Below, in pieces: positions 62,828 to 64,000 of a DNA stretch of 64,000 bases. Below the pieces are notes generated by a model. That model ran no database searches. It was given only the letters and a program-made list of their open reading frames with translations, and was not told the origin of the DNA. A program made the translations under genes and the position numbers. Where the stretch lies: the NCBI GenBank assembly GCA_047602405.1, contig JASGHJ010000002.1, forward strand, positions 1,280,001-1,344,000. Direction: 5' to 3'. Each line of letters begins with the position of its first letter. Positions within the stretch are counted from its first letter, which is position 1. Source of the DNA: Anaeromyxobacteraceae bacterium. Lineage in GTDB: Bacteria > Myxococcota > Myxococcia > Myxococcales > Anaeromyxobacteraceae.

Positions 62828-64000
62828 GTGAGCCAGGTCCCGCCTCCGCACCGCACCGCCGCAGGGGTGCCCGCCCCGGGCGCCGTCGCAGGCCCCCGCC
62901 CCGACGCGACCACGGGGCTCTCGCCCGCGCACACCGAGGAGGGCCGCGCGGCGGGCGCGTTCGTGGCCGCGCTCGGCAAGGCCGCGCGCGCGTTCACGCT
63001 CTACGACGCGAACAACAGCCTCGTCCGGCAGTTCATCGGCGACTACAAAGCGCGGGCCGAGGAGGCCACCGCCCAGGGCGCGCTGCCGCTCGACGTGCTC
63101 CCCTTCGACCTCGCGCGGTCGGGCGAGAGCGTCTACCACGAGGACGATCGCGAGAAGTCGCTCGCGTTCAGGCTGTTCCGCGACGGCGTGCGGCGGTTGA
63201 CCTTCGCGCCGGGCGTGCCGTTCGAGGAGCTCCTCCGGCTCCTGCAGATCCTCGCGGTCCGCTTCAGCGGCGTGCGCCAGGCCGAGGAGGACGTGGTCAC
63301 GCTGCTCCGCAAGGCGGAGTTCAAGGCCATCACGCTCGTCGCGGTCGAGGGCTACGTGCCCGACGAGGACCTGCCCGAGGCCGACGCGGCCGCCGCGCGC
63401 GGCGACGCGGGCGTGCACCCGCCGGCCGGCTTCGACCGCCCGTTCCCGAAGCTCCCCGCGCCCGGGGCGCCCGAGTGGAAGCCGGTGCCCGAGGCGGCCC
63501 TGTCCGCGCTGCGGGCCGAGGAGGTCGAGGCGATGCTCGCGCCGAACGCGCTCCGGCTCGCGAGGGAGCTCCTCGCGCTCGGGGCGCGCGGCGCGCTCGA
63601 CGCCGGGGAGGTGGGGGCGTTCCTCTCCGAGCTCAGGAACTTCCTCGTCGCGGACGCCCAGCTCGAGCCGCTCGCGATGCTCGCCGAGCTCGCGACCGCC
63701 CAGCCGGCGGGCAAGCTGCGCGACGCGGTGCTGCGCGGGCTCGCCGATCCGCGGCTCGTGGACGCCGTGCTCGCCGCCATCCCGCCCGGCGCGGCCCAGC
63801 TGCCGCCCGAGGCGGTGAAGCTCCTGCCGTTCGTCCCGGGCGGCGCGGTGCTGGACCGGCTCGCCGACGAGCGGGACGCCGACCGCCGCCGGGTCCTGGT
63901 GCGGCTCGCCTCCGCGCGCCTGCCCGCCGACGCCGACGCGGTGGTCGCCCGCTTGCCCGGGCTCACCCCCGAGGCCGCCCGCGAGCTGTGGGCGGCGGTC
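62828..64000 (+). CDS. Helical/HEAT-repeat hypothetical protein, partial (runs off right edge)
   Basis: Manual translation from GTG 62828: ALGKAARAFTLYDANN...SLAFRLFRDGVRRLTFAPG. No stop seen before window end. Confidence 0.7.
   Translation, partial: MSQVPPPHRTAAGVPAPGAVAGPRPDATTGLSPAHTEEGRAAGAFVAALGKAARAFTLYDANNSLVRQFIGDYKARAEEATAQGALPLDVLPFDLARSGESVYHEDDREKSLAFRLFRDGVRRLTFAPGVPFEELLRLLQILAVRFSGVRQAEEDVVTLLRKAEFKAITLVAVEGYVPDEDLPEADAAAARGDAGVHPPAGFDRPFPKLPAPGAPEWKPVPEAALSALRAEEVEAMLAPNALRLARELLALGARGALDAGEVGAFLSELRNFLVADAQLEPLAMLAELATAQPAGKLRDAVLRGLADPRLVDAVLAAIPPGAAQLPPEAVKLLPFVPGGAVLDRLADERDADRRRVLVRLASARLPADADAVVARLPGLTPEAARELWAAV

Overview
Very GC-rich DNA with the gene content of an Anaeromyxobacter-like myxobacterium (inferred from tgl, DUF2378- and DUF2019-like genes, a CxxxxCH multiheme cytochrome and an Oar-like receptor). 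Left end (1-10.6 kb): a probable beta-1,2-glucan utilisation locus (discoidin-domain protein, sugar ABC permeases and binding protein, GH144-like glucanase, TonB-dependent receptor) divergent from a ROK regulator with a candidate operator. Most of the rest is core genome: cysE, ppa, GspE/PilB ATPase + AAA ATPase, glgX, hisN, plsB, dnaJ-like, rimI, pyrD, queE, tgl, recO, polA, divIVA, holB, holA, metG, tatD, yhaM, pncA. The most unusual part is an insertion hotspot between the convergent polA and divIVA genes (44.7-51.5 kb). It holds (i) a 1.2-kb unit bounded by 34-bp inverted repeats carrying a RAYT/IS200-like HUH nuclease coupled to an orphan DUF2019-like gene, and (ii) a 5.1-kb integrase-less island (multiheme cytochrome + RCC1-repeat lipoprotein) bracketed by two 72-bp copies of the divIVA 3' end that differ only at synonymous sites. 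Eight single-base frameshifts in seven genes and several odd codons cluster mostly at GATC-like sites, which suggests methylation-linked long-read errors rather than real pseudogenes. No rRNA, tRNA or CRISPR array was seen. All family assignments come from motif recognition, not database searches.
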